Part shown: positions 36,765 to 44,288 of the stretch, in pieces
How the letters are laid out: each line of letters starts with the position of its first letter
Position numbering within the stretch: position 1 is the stretch's first letter
Source of the DNA: Candidatus Eiseniibacteriota bacterium
Lineage (GTDB): Bacteria > Eisenbacteria > RBG-16-71-46
DNA: 64,000 bases
Assembly: GCA_041483195.1 (NCBI GenBank)
Contig: JBGPFC010000007.1
Span: 1 to 64,000, forward strand
Direction: 5' to 3'
Translations under genes and position numbers: made by a program
The notes under the pieces: generated by a model
Databases searched by the model: none
Seen by the model: the letters and a program-made list of their open reading frames with translations, nothing else
Told to the model about the DNA's origin: nothing

Positions 36765-37619
36765 CTAGCCACCTTTGACTCTTCTTTTCTCAAAGTATTT
36801 GGCCATTGTTTCTCTAGCCCCCCGCTCCCCTCTTTGAGCAGCCATCCGTTCCCGCCTATATAGTCGGTCGAGGTCCTTCACCATTGGTGAGTCCGGGCCG
36901 TCGAGCCCTCGATTTCCGTCGTGGCCGATAGAGAACACGTCGGTGGCCCGCCCGACACCAGGAGCGATCTCGCCGCGCTTCTTCGCGAAGAACACGGACA
37001 CAAGGGCGGCAGAGGCGGCCACTTCTCGCGTGTGGCCTTGGAGCATTAGGTACGAGTTCGCGTGCCAGCCGCCCGTTCCGATTGCCGCGAACCCAACCGA
37101 GTCCTCGCAACTGGGTGCGCCGCGCTTACCGATGAAGATGTGGGCACCAGTCGCGTCTACGCCGGCAATGATGCACCCGACTTCCAAGTCGTAGTCCTTG
37201 GCCGACTCGGCTAGACCACCAATCAGCATCTCGACAAGTCCAGCGCTCAAGTTCTGCTGCTGCTGGTTAAAACTCTTCCACGTGAGCCCGTACGGGCCGA
37301 GAATGTCTGCCTCGGCCTTTGCCCTGTAGGCTGCGGTGGCGAGTCGCCCATAGGATTCAGCTACCCACCCCACTTCTGGATCGCTTGCTTCGTCGCGAGT
37401 TGCGATCAGGCTCCGAAGCTGGCTGAAGATGCCGGACTGGATCGACACGTTCCCCGCAACCATTGCGACCAGCGATTGACCGAGCCATTCGAGTTTGGAG
37501 CGTCGAGGCTCGAACTCTATGACATCCGAGGTCAACATCTGATCGGAGGCACCTAGGACCCAGTCTTGGTATTTGGTTTGGCTGCCAAACCTGCACAGCG
37601 CTGCGACGCAGACCGTCAC
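36765..37619 (-). CDS. Proteasome beta-subunit-like Ntn-hydrolase (passenger)
   Basis: GTG after AAGGAAGG gives M-TVCVAA (Thr1). Also VLGASD, SKL, MVAG, IIAGVD, FAAIGTG and APGVG..TD. Confidence 0.78.
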   Translation of the reverse strand: MTVCVAALCRFGSQTKYQDWVLGASDQMLTSDVIEFEPRRSKLEWLGQSLVAMVAGNVSIQSGIFSQLRSLIATRDEASDPEVGWVAESYGRLATAAYRAKAEADILGPYGLTWKSFNQQQQNLSAGLVEMLIGGLAESAKDYDLEVGCIIAGVDATGAHIFIGKRGAPSCEDSVGFAAIGTGGWHANSYLMLQGHTREVAASAALVSVFFAKKRGEIAPGVGRATDVFSIGHDGNRGLDGPDSPMVKDLDRLYRRERMAAQRGERGARETMAKYFEKRRVKGG

Positions 37620-37694
37620 AACCGGACCCTTCCTTCGTGGCGGCGACAGCGTCCTGCGCGGTTTGCGCGACGGCCTCAGCCGCGGAAAGGGGCG

Positions 37695-37727
37695 AGCATA
37701 GTCCGTGCCTACGTGCCCGCGCAAGCA
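37695..37727 (-). promoter_or_regulatory. Promoter of the proteasome-like gene overlapped by operator-like palindrome copy 3
   Basis: Minus strand TTGCGC-18 bp-TATGCT. Plus strand TACGTGC-CCGC-GCAAGCA at 37710-37727. Confidence 0.5.
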
Positions 37728-37741
37728 ATCGGGCTGATTTG

Positions 37742-37757
37742 AAACTAGACCACTACC
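37742..37757 (-). repeat. Right terminal inverted repeat
   Basis: AAACTAGACCACTACC, followed by the AGCGCCCT target duplication. Confidence 0.95.
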
Positions 37758-37772
37758 AGCGCCCTCCCCGGA

Positions 37773-37801
37773 TTGACGCGCGTCTCCCGCCCCGCTAACG
37801 T
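37773..37801 (+). promoter_or_regulatory. Sigma70-like promoter of the BMC gene (probably leaderless)
   Basis: TTGACG-17 bp-TAACGT, ATG 8 nt downstream, no Shine-Dalgarno sequence. Confidence 0.55.
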
Positions 37802-37809
37802 GCCGCGGC

Positions 37810-38445
37810 ATGGCCGACGTCACGCTGCGCAGCTACATCTTCCTCGACAGCCTCCAGCCGCAGCTCGCGGCGTTCATCGGCACCACCGCCCGCGGGTTCC
37901 TGCCGGTGGCGGGTGACGCATCGATGCTGATCGAGACCGCGCCGGGCCTGATCATCAATCGGATCACCGACGTCGCGCTCAAGGCGACGCAGTGCACGCC
38001 CGCGATCATGGTGGTCGAGCGCGCGTTCGGGTTGCTCGAGATCCACCATCGCGACAAGGGGCAGGTGCAGCTCGGCGGGCAGGCGGTGCTCCAGTACCTC
38101 GGCATCGACGAGCACGACCGGATGAAGCCACGCGTGGTCTCGGACCAGGTGATCCGAGCGGTCGAGCCCTATCATGCGCAGGTCATCAACAAGACGCGAT
38201 ACGGCGACATGCTGATCGCCGGCGAGAGTCTGCTCATTCTCGAGACCGAGCCGGCGGGATACATCGCGTTCGGCGCGAACGAAGCGCTCAAGGCGGCGCG
38301 CGTGAAGCTGATCGACGCTTCGTTGTTCGGCGCCTACGGGCGGCTCTACCTCTCCGGCCCCGAGGCCCAGATCGACGCGGCACGCGACGCGGCGCTGCGC
38401 GGGCTCGGCACGGTCACGGGCCGGGAAGCGAAGGGCAGCGTCTAG
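37810..38445 (+). CDS. Bacterial microcompartment tandem-domain shell protein (BMC-T, CcmP/CsoS1D-like)
   Basis: [45 protein letters not shown] and [10 protein letters not shown]. Confidence 0.9.
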   Translation: MADVTLRSYIFLDSLQPQLAAFIGTTARGFLPVAGDASMLIETAPGLIINRITDVALKATQCTPAIMVVERAFGLLEIHHRDKGQVQLGGQAVLQYLGIDEHDRMKPRVVSDQVIRAVEPYHAQVINKTRYGDMLIAGESLLILETEPAGYIAFGANEALKAARVKLIDASLFGAYGRLYLSGPEAQIDAARDAALRGLGTVTGREAKGSV

Positions 38446-38518
38446 CGCGCCCGCGGCGGCCGCGATGCCGCCGCGGAGGGGCCCGCCGTCACCCTCCCGC
38501 GACGCCGTGGCCCGGGGC

Positions 38519-39724
38519 TCAGAGGTATCGCAGGGCCCCGAATCCCGCGCGCTCCTTGAGCAGGCGATACCCGCGAGCGAGCGGGAACATGATCGCCATT
38601 CCCGCGATCCAGACCAGCGCGTATCGCAAAGCATCGTGGCGCGGGGCGAGGTGCAGCCCGGCGCGGCCGATCACCTTGTAGACCGCCAGGTGGAGGACGT
38701 AGACGAACAGCGGCGCCTGGCCGAACACGACGAGCCAGCGCCCCGGGCCGCGATCGAGCGGCACCTTACCGCTCCAGAGCAGCGCGAGCGCGAAGGCGGC
38801 GAGCCCCAGATTGAACGCCATGAAATCGAGCCCCGGCGGCCCCTTGCTCATGATGAACAACGCGCCACCGCCGTGCGGCGCCAGCCGCGTGGCGAAGGTC
38901 CCGTATCCGAGATCGAGCCCGAGCGCGAGCCACGTCAGGAGCGACACCACGCCCATCGCGGCCCAGGTGAGCGGGCGCCGGAGCACGGGCCGCCACAGGT
39001 TCCGGCCGAGCGCGTACCCGATGCCCATCGGCGCGATCCAGCCCAGCACCGGAAACGCGACACCCGGCGAATGTCGCATGTCGTACGCGAGCCACATGCG
39101 AGCCCCGAGCCCGCCGTGGGCCAGCGCGCCGTGGGCGTTGGCGAGCAGCCACGGGTAGCCCGCGAACAACGCGAGCATGGACGAGACGAGAACCAGCGGC
39201 GGCAGGAATCGCAAAGCGGACATGAGCACCATGCTCACCGCAAGGGCCGAGAGCAGCTCGAAGTCGTAGCCGTACTTGAAATGATGGACGCGCGCCCACA
39301 GCAGCGGCATGACGGTGATCTCGATCGCGACCAGCACCGCGGCTCGCACCAGCAGGAACCGGGTCGTCGGCCACTCCGAGCCGAAGCGCCAGCGGTTGTG
39401 CTCGGCGAGCAGGGCGATGCTGATCCCGCTCAACAGCCAGAACATCGGGGCCGCGACGTTGGTGAGGAGCCCGATGATCTCGTACGCCGGCCCTCCCATC
39501 GCCGTCGGTCGCCCGGCGTAACGCTCGGCGACCACGTTGATGCGCGTGAAGAACGCGGAATGGTCGAGCGCCATGAGCGCCACCGCGAGCCCGCGTGCGG
39601 CGTCGAGCGCGAGGACGCGATGCGGTCGCGCGGTCGAAGGCGCGGCCGCCGGCGTCGCGGCCGGCCGGCCGGGGACGTGCTCGGGCTCGCGATGATCGCG
39701 GGCGGCGGTGGAATGCTGGGCCAT
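38519..39724 (-). CDS. DUF1624 / heparan-alpha-glucosaminide N-acetyltransferase-like membrane protein
   Basis: LDAARGLAVALMALDH, AAPMFWLLSG, KGPP and FGQAPLFVYVLH. Confidence 0.85.
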   Translation of the reverse strand: MAQHSTAARDHREPEHVPGRPAATPAAAPSTARPHRVLALDAARGLAVALMALDHSAFFTRINVVAERYAGRPTAMGGPAYEIIGLLTNVAAPMFWLLSGISIALLAEHNRWRFGSEWPTTRFLLVRAAVLVAIEITVMPLLWARVHHFKYGYDFELLSALAVSMVLMSALRFLPPLVLVSSMLALFAGYPWLLANAHGALAHGGLGARMWLAYDMRHSPGVAFPVLGWIAPMGIGYALGRNLWRPVLRRPLTWAAMGVVSLLTWLALGLDLGYGTFATRLAPHGGGALFIMSKGPPGLDFMAFNLGLAAFALALLWSGKVPLDRGPGRWLVVFGQAPLFVYVLHLAVYKVIGRAGLHLAPRHDALRYALVWIAGMAIMFPLARGYRLLKERAGFGALRYL

Positions 39725-39823
39725 GAGGGTCGCTCGCAGGACGAACGCATGCGCCAGCCGCCGGCGCTCGCGGCCCACGAGGCCGGTCCGGGGCGGTGCC
39801 TAGAAGTTTTCGGCAGGCCCCGG

Positions 39824-39904
39824 CCGGGAGTTGAGCACGGGCCAGAGGGCCCGGGTATTGAGCACGGGCCTCAGGGCCCGGGTACTGAGCCCGGGCCCGA
39901 GCGG
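39824..39904. repeat. Three degenerate 27-bp tandem repeats, intergenic
   Basis: CCGGGAGTTGAGCACGGGCCAGAGGGC / CCGGGTATTGAGCACGGGCCTCAGGGC / CCGGGTACTGAGCCCGGGCCCGAGCGG. Confidence 0.85.
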
Positions 39905-39920
39905 CTCGCTCAGCGGGCGG

Positions 39921-40754
39921 TTACCACAGCTCGCCCTGCGGCCACAGCGATTTCGCGTCGACCGGGATCAACCCGAGACGCCGCTTCATCTCGTTCGCGC
40001 TGGCGGGCGAGTGACCGGCCCAGTGGTTGTTGAAGTAGCCGAACACCTCGCGCACCGCGGGCAGCACCCGGATCAGATCGCGCTCCCATGCGTCGAACGC
40101 GTCGGCGCGATCGATCTGGACGCGGTCGTAGGTCTCGATCTCGCGCCGGTCACCGAGCCAGCGCAGGTAGAGGAAATCGGCGGTCACGTCGGTGAGCCGC
40201 GGCAGCTCGCGCCATTGCGTCCAGGCCAGGGCCGCGTGCCGCGCGCGCAGCAGCTCCGCGGTGGCGGGCACGTGCCAGGATGCGTTGCGGAATTCCATCG
40301 CGAGCCGCACCGCGGCGGGCGAGGCCGCGAGGAAGCGATCGAGCAGTCCGACGTTGCCGGCCTCCCGCGTGAACTCGGCGGGCATCTGCACCAGCAGCGG
40401 CCCGAGCTTCTCCCCCAGCGGCTCGAGCGCGCGCGCGAAGGCCTGCATCTGTTCCCCGACCTTCGAGAGCCGCGCGGTGTGGGTGATGGCCTGTGGCACC
40501 TTCGCGGCGAACCGGAAATGCGCGGGAGTGTGCCGGTCCCACGAGCGCACCACGGAGGCGCGCGGCGGATGGTAGAAGGTGGTGTCGAGCTCGACGGTGT
40601 CGAACACCCGCGCGTAAAACGGCAGGTAGTGTTCCTGCTTCGACCCCGGCGCGTAGAACACGCCGATCCAGTCGGGGTATGACCAGCCCTGCGTTCCCAG
40701 GTGGATCGCGGCCCCGGCTGCGGCGCGAGCGACGCGCGCCTTGCCCGCGCTCAT
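39921..40754 (-). CDS. DUF72 (YecE-like) protein
   Basis: GTQGWSYPDW, FDTVELDTTFY, FRFAAKVP, EFRNASW, YLRWLG and YFNNH. Confidence 0.92.
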   Translation of the reverse strand: MSAGKARVARAAAGAAIHLGTQGWSYPDWIGVFYAPGSKQEHYLPFYARVFDTVELDTTFYHPPRASVVRSWDRHTPAHFRFAAKVPQAITHTARLSKVGEQMQAFARALEPLGEKLGPLLVQMPAEFTREAGNVGLLDRFLAASPAAVRLAMEFRNASWHVPATAELLRARHAALAWTQWRELPRLTDVTADFLYLRWLGDRREIETYDRVQIDRADAFDAWERDLIRVLPAVREVFGYFNNHWAGHSPASANEMKRRLGLIPVDAKSLWPQGELW

Positions 40755-41737
40755 GGCTTCCGCGATCCGCGATGGGCCGCGCCGGCCACTCGATGGGCCG
40801 CGCCGCGCGCGAGCGAGGCGACGGCGTGCGCGGAGACCGCGGCGCCGGACCTCGCCCCCTCGCCCAGATTCGCGAGCGTGCCCTCGCCGAGATACCGGCC
40901 GAAGAATGCGAGCACGCGCCGCTCGTACTCGGCACCGTGCAATCGCCACGCCTGGTTGTGACCCTCCGGCAATAGCCAGATCTCGTCCTTCGCGCCGGCC
41001 GCGCGCCAGAGATCCCGGGCCTGCTCCGGCGCGAAGCGATCGTCCCGCAGCGCGTGGATGAAGAGCAGCGGGCGGCTCCTCAGCGACTCGGCGGCCGCGA
41101 TCGCGTCGAGCGCCCCCGGATCGTATCCGGTCAGCACGCGGCCGCCCGCGCGCGCCAGCGCGGCCGCCGGCCAGCGGGGCACGTGGGCCCAGCGCTCGGT
41201 CGCGTCCTCGATCGCGCGCGCGCCGGTCGCGAACGGGCAGTCCGCGACCACGGCCGCGATCTCGGGATGGCGTGCGGCGAGCCACAGCGCCACGCTGCCA
41301 CCCAGCGATTCGCCGAGCACGCCGATGCGATCCCGCCGCAGCGCGGGATCGCGCTCCACCCATTCGAGCGTGGCTTCTGCGTCGATCGACTCGTAGTGGC
41401 CGAGGGTGGTGGGCTTGCGATCGTGCACGCGCGACGAGCGAAAATCCACGGTGACGACCCCGTAGCCCGCGCGCAGCAGGAACGCGGCATAGCGCCAGGC
41501 GCGGGTGTGGTCGCGGCCGTACCCGTGAAACAGGAGGACGACTTCGCGGCGTGTTCCCCCGAACACCCAGCCATCGATCGTGTCGTCTCCCACCGGGATC
41601 GACACGCGCCGCGCGGTGCGATCGAGGTCGACGGCGCCGCCGAGGTCTCGCGGCACGCCGGGATAGAGCGCGAGCCACGCCGATGCAGCTGCGAAGATCG
41701 CGAGCGCCGAGATCGCGAAGAACAGGAAGCGTTTCAT
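40751..41737 (-). CDS. Alpha/beta hydrolase with N-terminal anchor
   Basis: FHGYG, GESLGG nucleophile elbow, DDRF and GHN. Confidence 0.9.
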   Translation of the reverse strand: MKRFLFFAISALAIFAAASAWLALYPGVPRDLGGAVDLDRTARRVSIPVGDDTIDGWVFGGTRREVVLLFHGYGRDHTRAWRYAAFLLRAGYGVVTVDFRSSRVHDRKPTTLGHYESIDAEATLEWVERDPALRRDRIGVLGESLGGSVALWLAARHPEIAAVVADCPFATGARAIEDATERWAHVPRWPAAALARAGGRVLTGYDPGALDAIAAAESLRSRPLLFIHALRDDRFAPEQARDLWRAAGAKDEIWLLPEGHNQAWRLHGAEYERRVLAFFGRYLGEGTLANLGEGARSGAAVSAHAVASLARGAAHRVAGAAHRGSRKP

Positions 41738-41769
41738 AGGTGATGCGCCGGGGCGCTCCCGCGCCCGGA

Positions 41770-42912
41770 TCAGCGCGCGAGCGTGAGCCCGCGCGGCCCC
41801 ACGTATTCGGACTGGGGACGGATCAGATGGTCCTCTGCGTGCTGCTCGATCACGTGCGCGCACCAGCCGGCGACGCGCCCGCACGCGAACATCGCGACGA
41901 AGCTCCGCGGCTGGAGCCCGAGCGACTGCAGCACGAGCGCGGTGTAGAACTCGACGTTGGTCTTGAGATTGCGGCCGGGCTTGTGCTCCTCGAGCACGCG
42001 CAGCGTGGTCTGCTCGACGGCGCGGGCGAGATCGAACAGCTTGCGATCGTGCAGCACGGCGTTGCCCATCTCCTCCGCCGTCTTGCTCAGCACCTCGGCG
42101 CGCGGATCGCGCACCTTGTACACGCGGTGCCCGAATCCCATGATGCGCCTCCCGGCGGCGAGCTCCTTCTTGATCCATGCCTCCGCGTTGTCCGCGCTGC
42201 CGATCTCGACCAGCATGTCGAGCACCGGGCCCGGGGCACCACCGTGCAGCGGGCCCTTCAGCGCGCCCACCGCGCCGGTCACCGCGCTCACCATGTCGGA
42301 GCGCGTGCTGGCGATGACGCGGGCGGCGAAGGTGGAAGCGTTCATGCCGTGGTCGATCACCGTGACCCAGTAGGTGTCGAGCGCGCTGGCCGCGAGCGGA
42401 TCGGGCTCGCTGCCGTGCACCATGTAGAGATAGTTCGCGGCGAGGCCCAGATCGGCGCGGGGCGCGATCGGCTCCTTCCCCGCCGCGATGCGGGTGTGCG
42501 CAGCAACGATCGTCGGGAATCGCGCCGCCAGCATCATGGCCCGCGCGAGATCGGCCTCGCGCGCGATGTCGTCAGGATGCGCGATGTCCAGCGACAGCGT
42601 CGCGCAGGCCATGCGCAGCGCGTCGATCGGCGAGGCCTTGGCGGCCGATCGGATCACCTCGAGCGTGGTCGCGGGCAGGGCGCGCAGCGCGGCCATCTCG
42701 GCACGCAGGCCCGCAAGCTGCTCGCGCCCCGGCAGCTCGCCTTTCCACAACAGGTAGGCCGCTTGCTCGAAGCTCACCCGGCCCGCCAGCTCCTTGAGCT
42801 CGTAGCCGCCGATGATGAGGACGCCGCCGACGCCGTCCACGTGGCTGAGGCGGGTCTGCGCCGCGACGACGCCGTCGAGTCCGCGGGGCGCCGGGGTGGT
42901 GGTGCCTGCCAT
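41770..42912 (-). CDS. Citrate synthase (short type II / methylcitrate synthase family)
   Basis: GLDGVV, DHGMNASTF, GPLHGGA, GFGHRVYKVRDPRA and NVEFY. Confidence 0.95.
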   Translation of the reverse strand: MAGTTTPAPRGLDGVVAAQTRLSHVDGVGGVLIIGGYELKELAGRVSFEQAAYLLWKGELPGREQLAGLRAEMAALRALPATTLEVIRSAAKASPIDALRMACATLSLDIAHPDDIAREADLARAMMLAARFPTIVAAHTRIAAGKEPIAPRADLGLAANYLYMVHGSEPDPLAASALDTYWVTVIDHGMNASTFAARVIASTRSDMVSAVTGAVGALKGPLHGGAPGPVLDMLVEIGSADNAEAWIKKELAAGRRIMGFGHRVYKVRDPRAEVLSKTAEEMGNAVLHDRKLFDLARAVEQTTLRVLEEHKPGRNLKTNVEFYTALVLQSLGLQPRSFVAMFACGRVAGWCAHVIEQHAEDHLIRPQSEYVGPRGLTLAR

Positions 42913-43006
42913 GCATCGCTCCTTTCGTGGCGGGATCGGGAAACGGATCGAACGCGACTATCGCATCGCACGGGCGCGGCGGGCAACCGCACCCCGGGCC
43001 GCGCGT

Positions 43007-44206
43007 TCAGCTCACGCCGCGAATCACCAGCGGATCGTCCGAGCGGCCCTCACGCGCCGCCCAGCGGAAGTAGACGACGCTCATCACGCCCCAGTAGAAC
43101 AGTCCGCCCGGCACCCACATGATGAGCCCGCCCAGACGCTGATCGTCCACCGCCGACATGCCCCACAGCCGGGGCGCGAACGTGTACCAGTCGTACAGTG
43201 GCCGGGCCGCGAACGTGATGGGCGCGGCGACCGCCATCATCGGAATGCCGAGCAGGAACAGGTAGAGCATCTGCCCGCCGGGATTCAGCGGGCGCTCCAC
43301 GGCATCGCCACCGGCCACCGGCCACCACATGAGCACGGCGGTCGCCATCACCATCAGGTGCATGACGATGTGGAAGCCGTGCTCGCGCATCATCAGGTTA
43401 TAGAGCACCGGCACGTGCCAGATCGAGAACACGATGATGTAGAGCACGAATCCGGCCGGCACGGCGCCGAAGGTATTCCAGAGTCGCGCGAACGGGCGGG
43501 ACTCGAGCATGCGACGCCAGAGCCACGGGGGGATGCCGAGGATGAACAGCGGCGGGAACACCTGCGCGAGGAGCAGGTGCTGCACCATGTGGGTGCTGAA
43601 GAGGTAGAGATCGCTGAGATCGTGGAGCGGACCGTCGAGGGAGACCAGCACCACCACGAGTCCCGCGAGGAACGTTGCGGCGCGCCCGGACTCGAAGCGG
43701 CCATTGGGCGCGCCGAGACGGCGGCGCAGCGGCCCCAGCGCCAGCAGGTGGAGGGCGGCGAGCAGCCCGCATCCCAGCAGCACGCTCCACTCCCACCGCC
43801 ACGGCCAGAGCGCAACGCGTGGCGCCGGCTGATCGCGGAACGGATACACCGCATTGATCGCGATCGCCGCAGCGCCCGCCCGCCGCCACACGTGCGCTCG
43901 AATCGCGAAGGTGTCGCCGAGCGCGTCGAGGAATCCCTGCCTGGGATCCTCCCAGTGGTTCTGCCCGATGATGGTGTAGAGCTTGCGCTGGCGGATGTCG
44001 AGGAAGTACATGCCCTGCTCGACCCGGCCGCTCACCATCGCGCACTGGCGCTGCGCGACCCCCTGCATGCCGTGCTGGAAGATGCACACCGGGTCCACGA
44101 ACTCGCCGACCAGGTAGATGCTGTCGGGATTCGCGTCGCCGGGGCCGGCCCACGCCGGCGCGGCGAGCGCGCACACGAATCCCAGCGTGATGAGCAGCTG
44201 GCGCAC
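43007..44206 (-). CDS. Cytochrome c oxidase assembly factor (Caa3_CtaG) fused to an N-terminal exported Cys/His domain
   Basis: GTG after GAGGA. LFSTHMVQHLLL, WHVP, HIVMH and DQRLGGLIMWVPG. N-terminal GEFVDPVCIFQH...CA. Confidence 0.85.
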   Translation of the reverse strand: MRQLLITLGFVCALAAPAWAGPGDANPDSIYLVGEFVDPVCIFQHGMQGVAQRQCAMVSGRVEQGMYFLDIRQRKLYTIIGQNHWEDPRQGFLDALGDTFAIRAHVWRRAGAAAIAINAVYPFRDQPAPRVALWPWRWEWSVLLGCGLLAALHLLALGPLRRRLGAPNGRFESGRAATFLAGLVVVLVSLDGPLHDLSDLYLFSTHMVQHLLLAQVFPPLFILGIPPWLWRRMLESRPFARLWNTFGAVPAGFVLYIIVFSIWHVPVLYNLMMREHGFHIVMHLMVMATAVLMWWPVAGGDAVERPLNPGGQMLYLFLLGIPMMAVAAPITFAARPLYDWYTFAPRLWGMSAVDDQRLGGLIMWVPGGLFYWGVMSVVYFRWAAREGRSDDPLVIRGVS

Positions 44207-44288
44207 GTTCAAGGTCCTCGGTCGATGGCGGGCCGCCGGCGGTCGCCGGGTCCGGGCCGGCATTGTAGTCGAAAATCGCACGGCGCGA

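Larger units (their letters stand above)
34887..37757. mobile_element. IS1-family insertion element with passenger genes (2871 bp)
   Basis: Left end GGTAGTGGTCTAGTTT (34887-34902) is the exact reverse complement of 37742-37757. Direct repeat AGCGCCCT flanks both ends (34879-86 and 37758-65). Contains a DDE transposase and is visibly lower in GC than its flanks. Confidence 0.95.

Noticed and set aside
35405..36793. 462-aa minus-strand ORF inside the IS
   Set aside because: It is antisense to the transposase and passenger genes and has no motif support.
37620..37823. N-terminal extension or propeptide of the proteasome-like protein, as in the track ORF starting at 37823
   Set aside because: That start lies outside the element, across the TIR and inside the BMC gene. 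A good RBS precedes GTG 37619. A short propeptide from a non-canonical start cannot be fully excluded.
39824..39904. CRISPR array
   Set aside because: The units are contiguous with no unique spacers, there are only three degenerate copies, and no cas genes are present.
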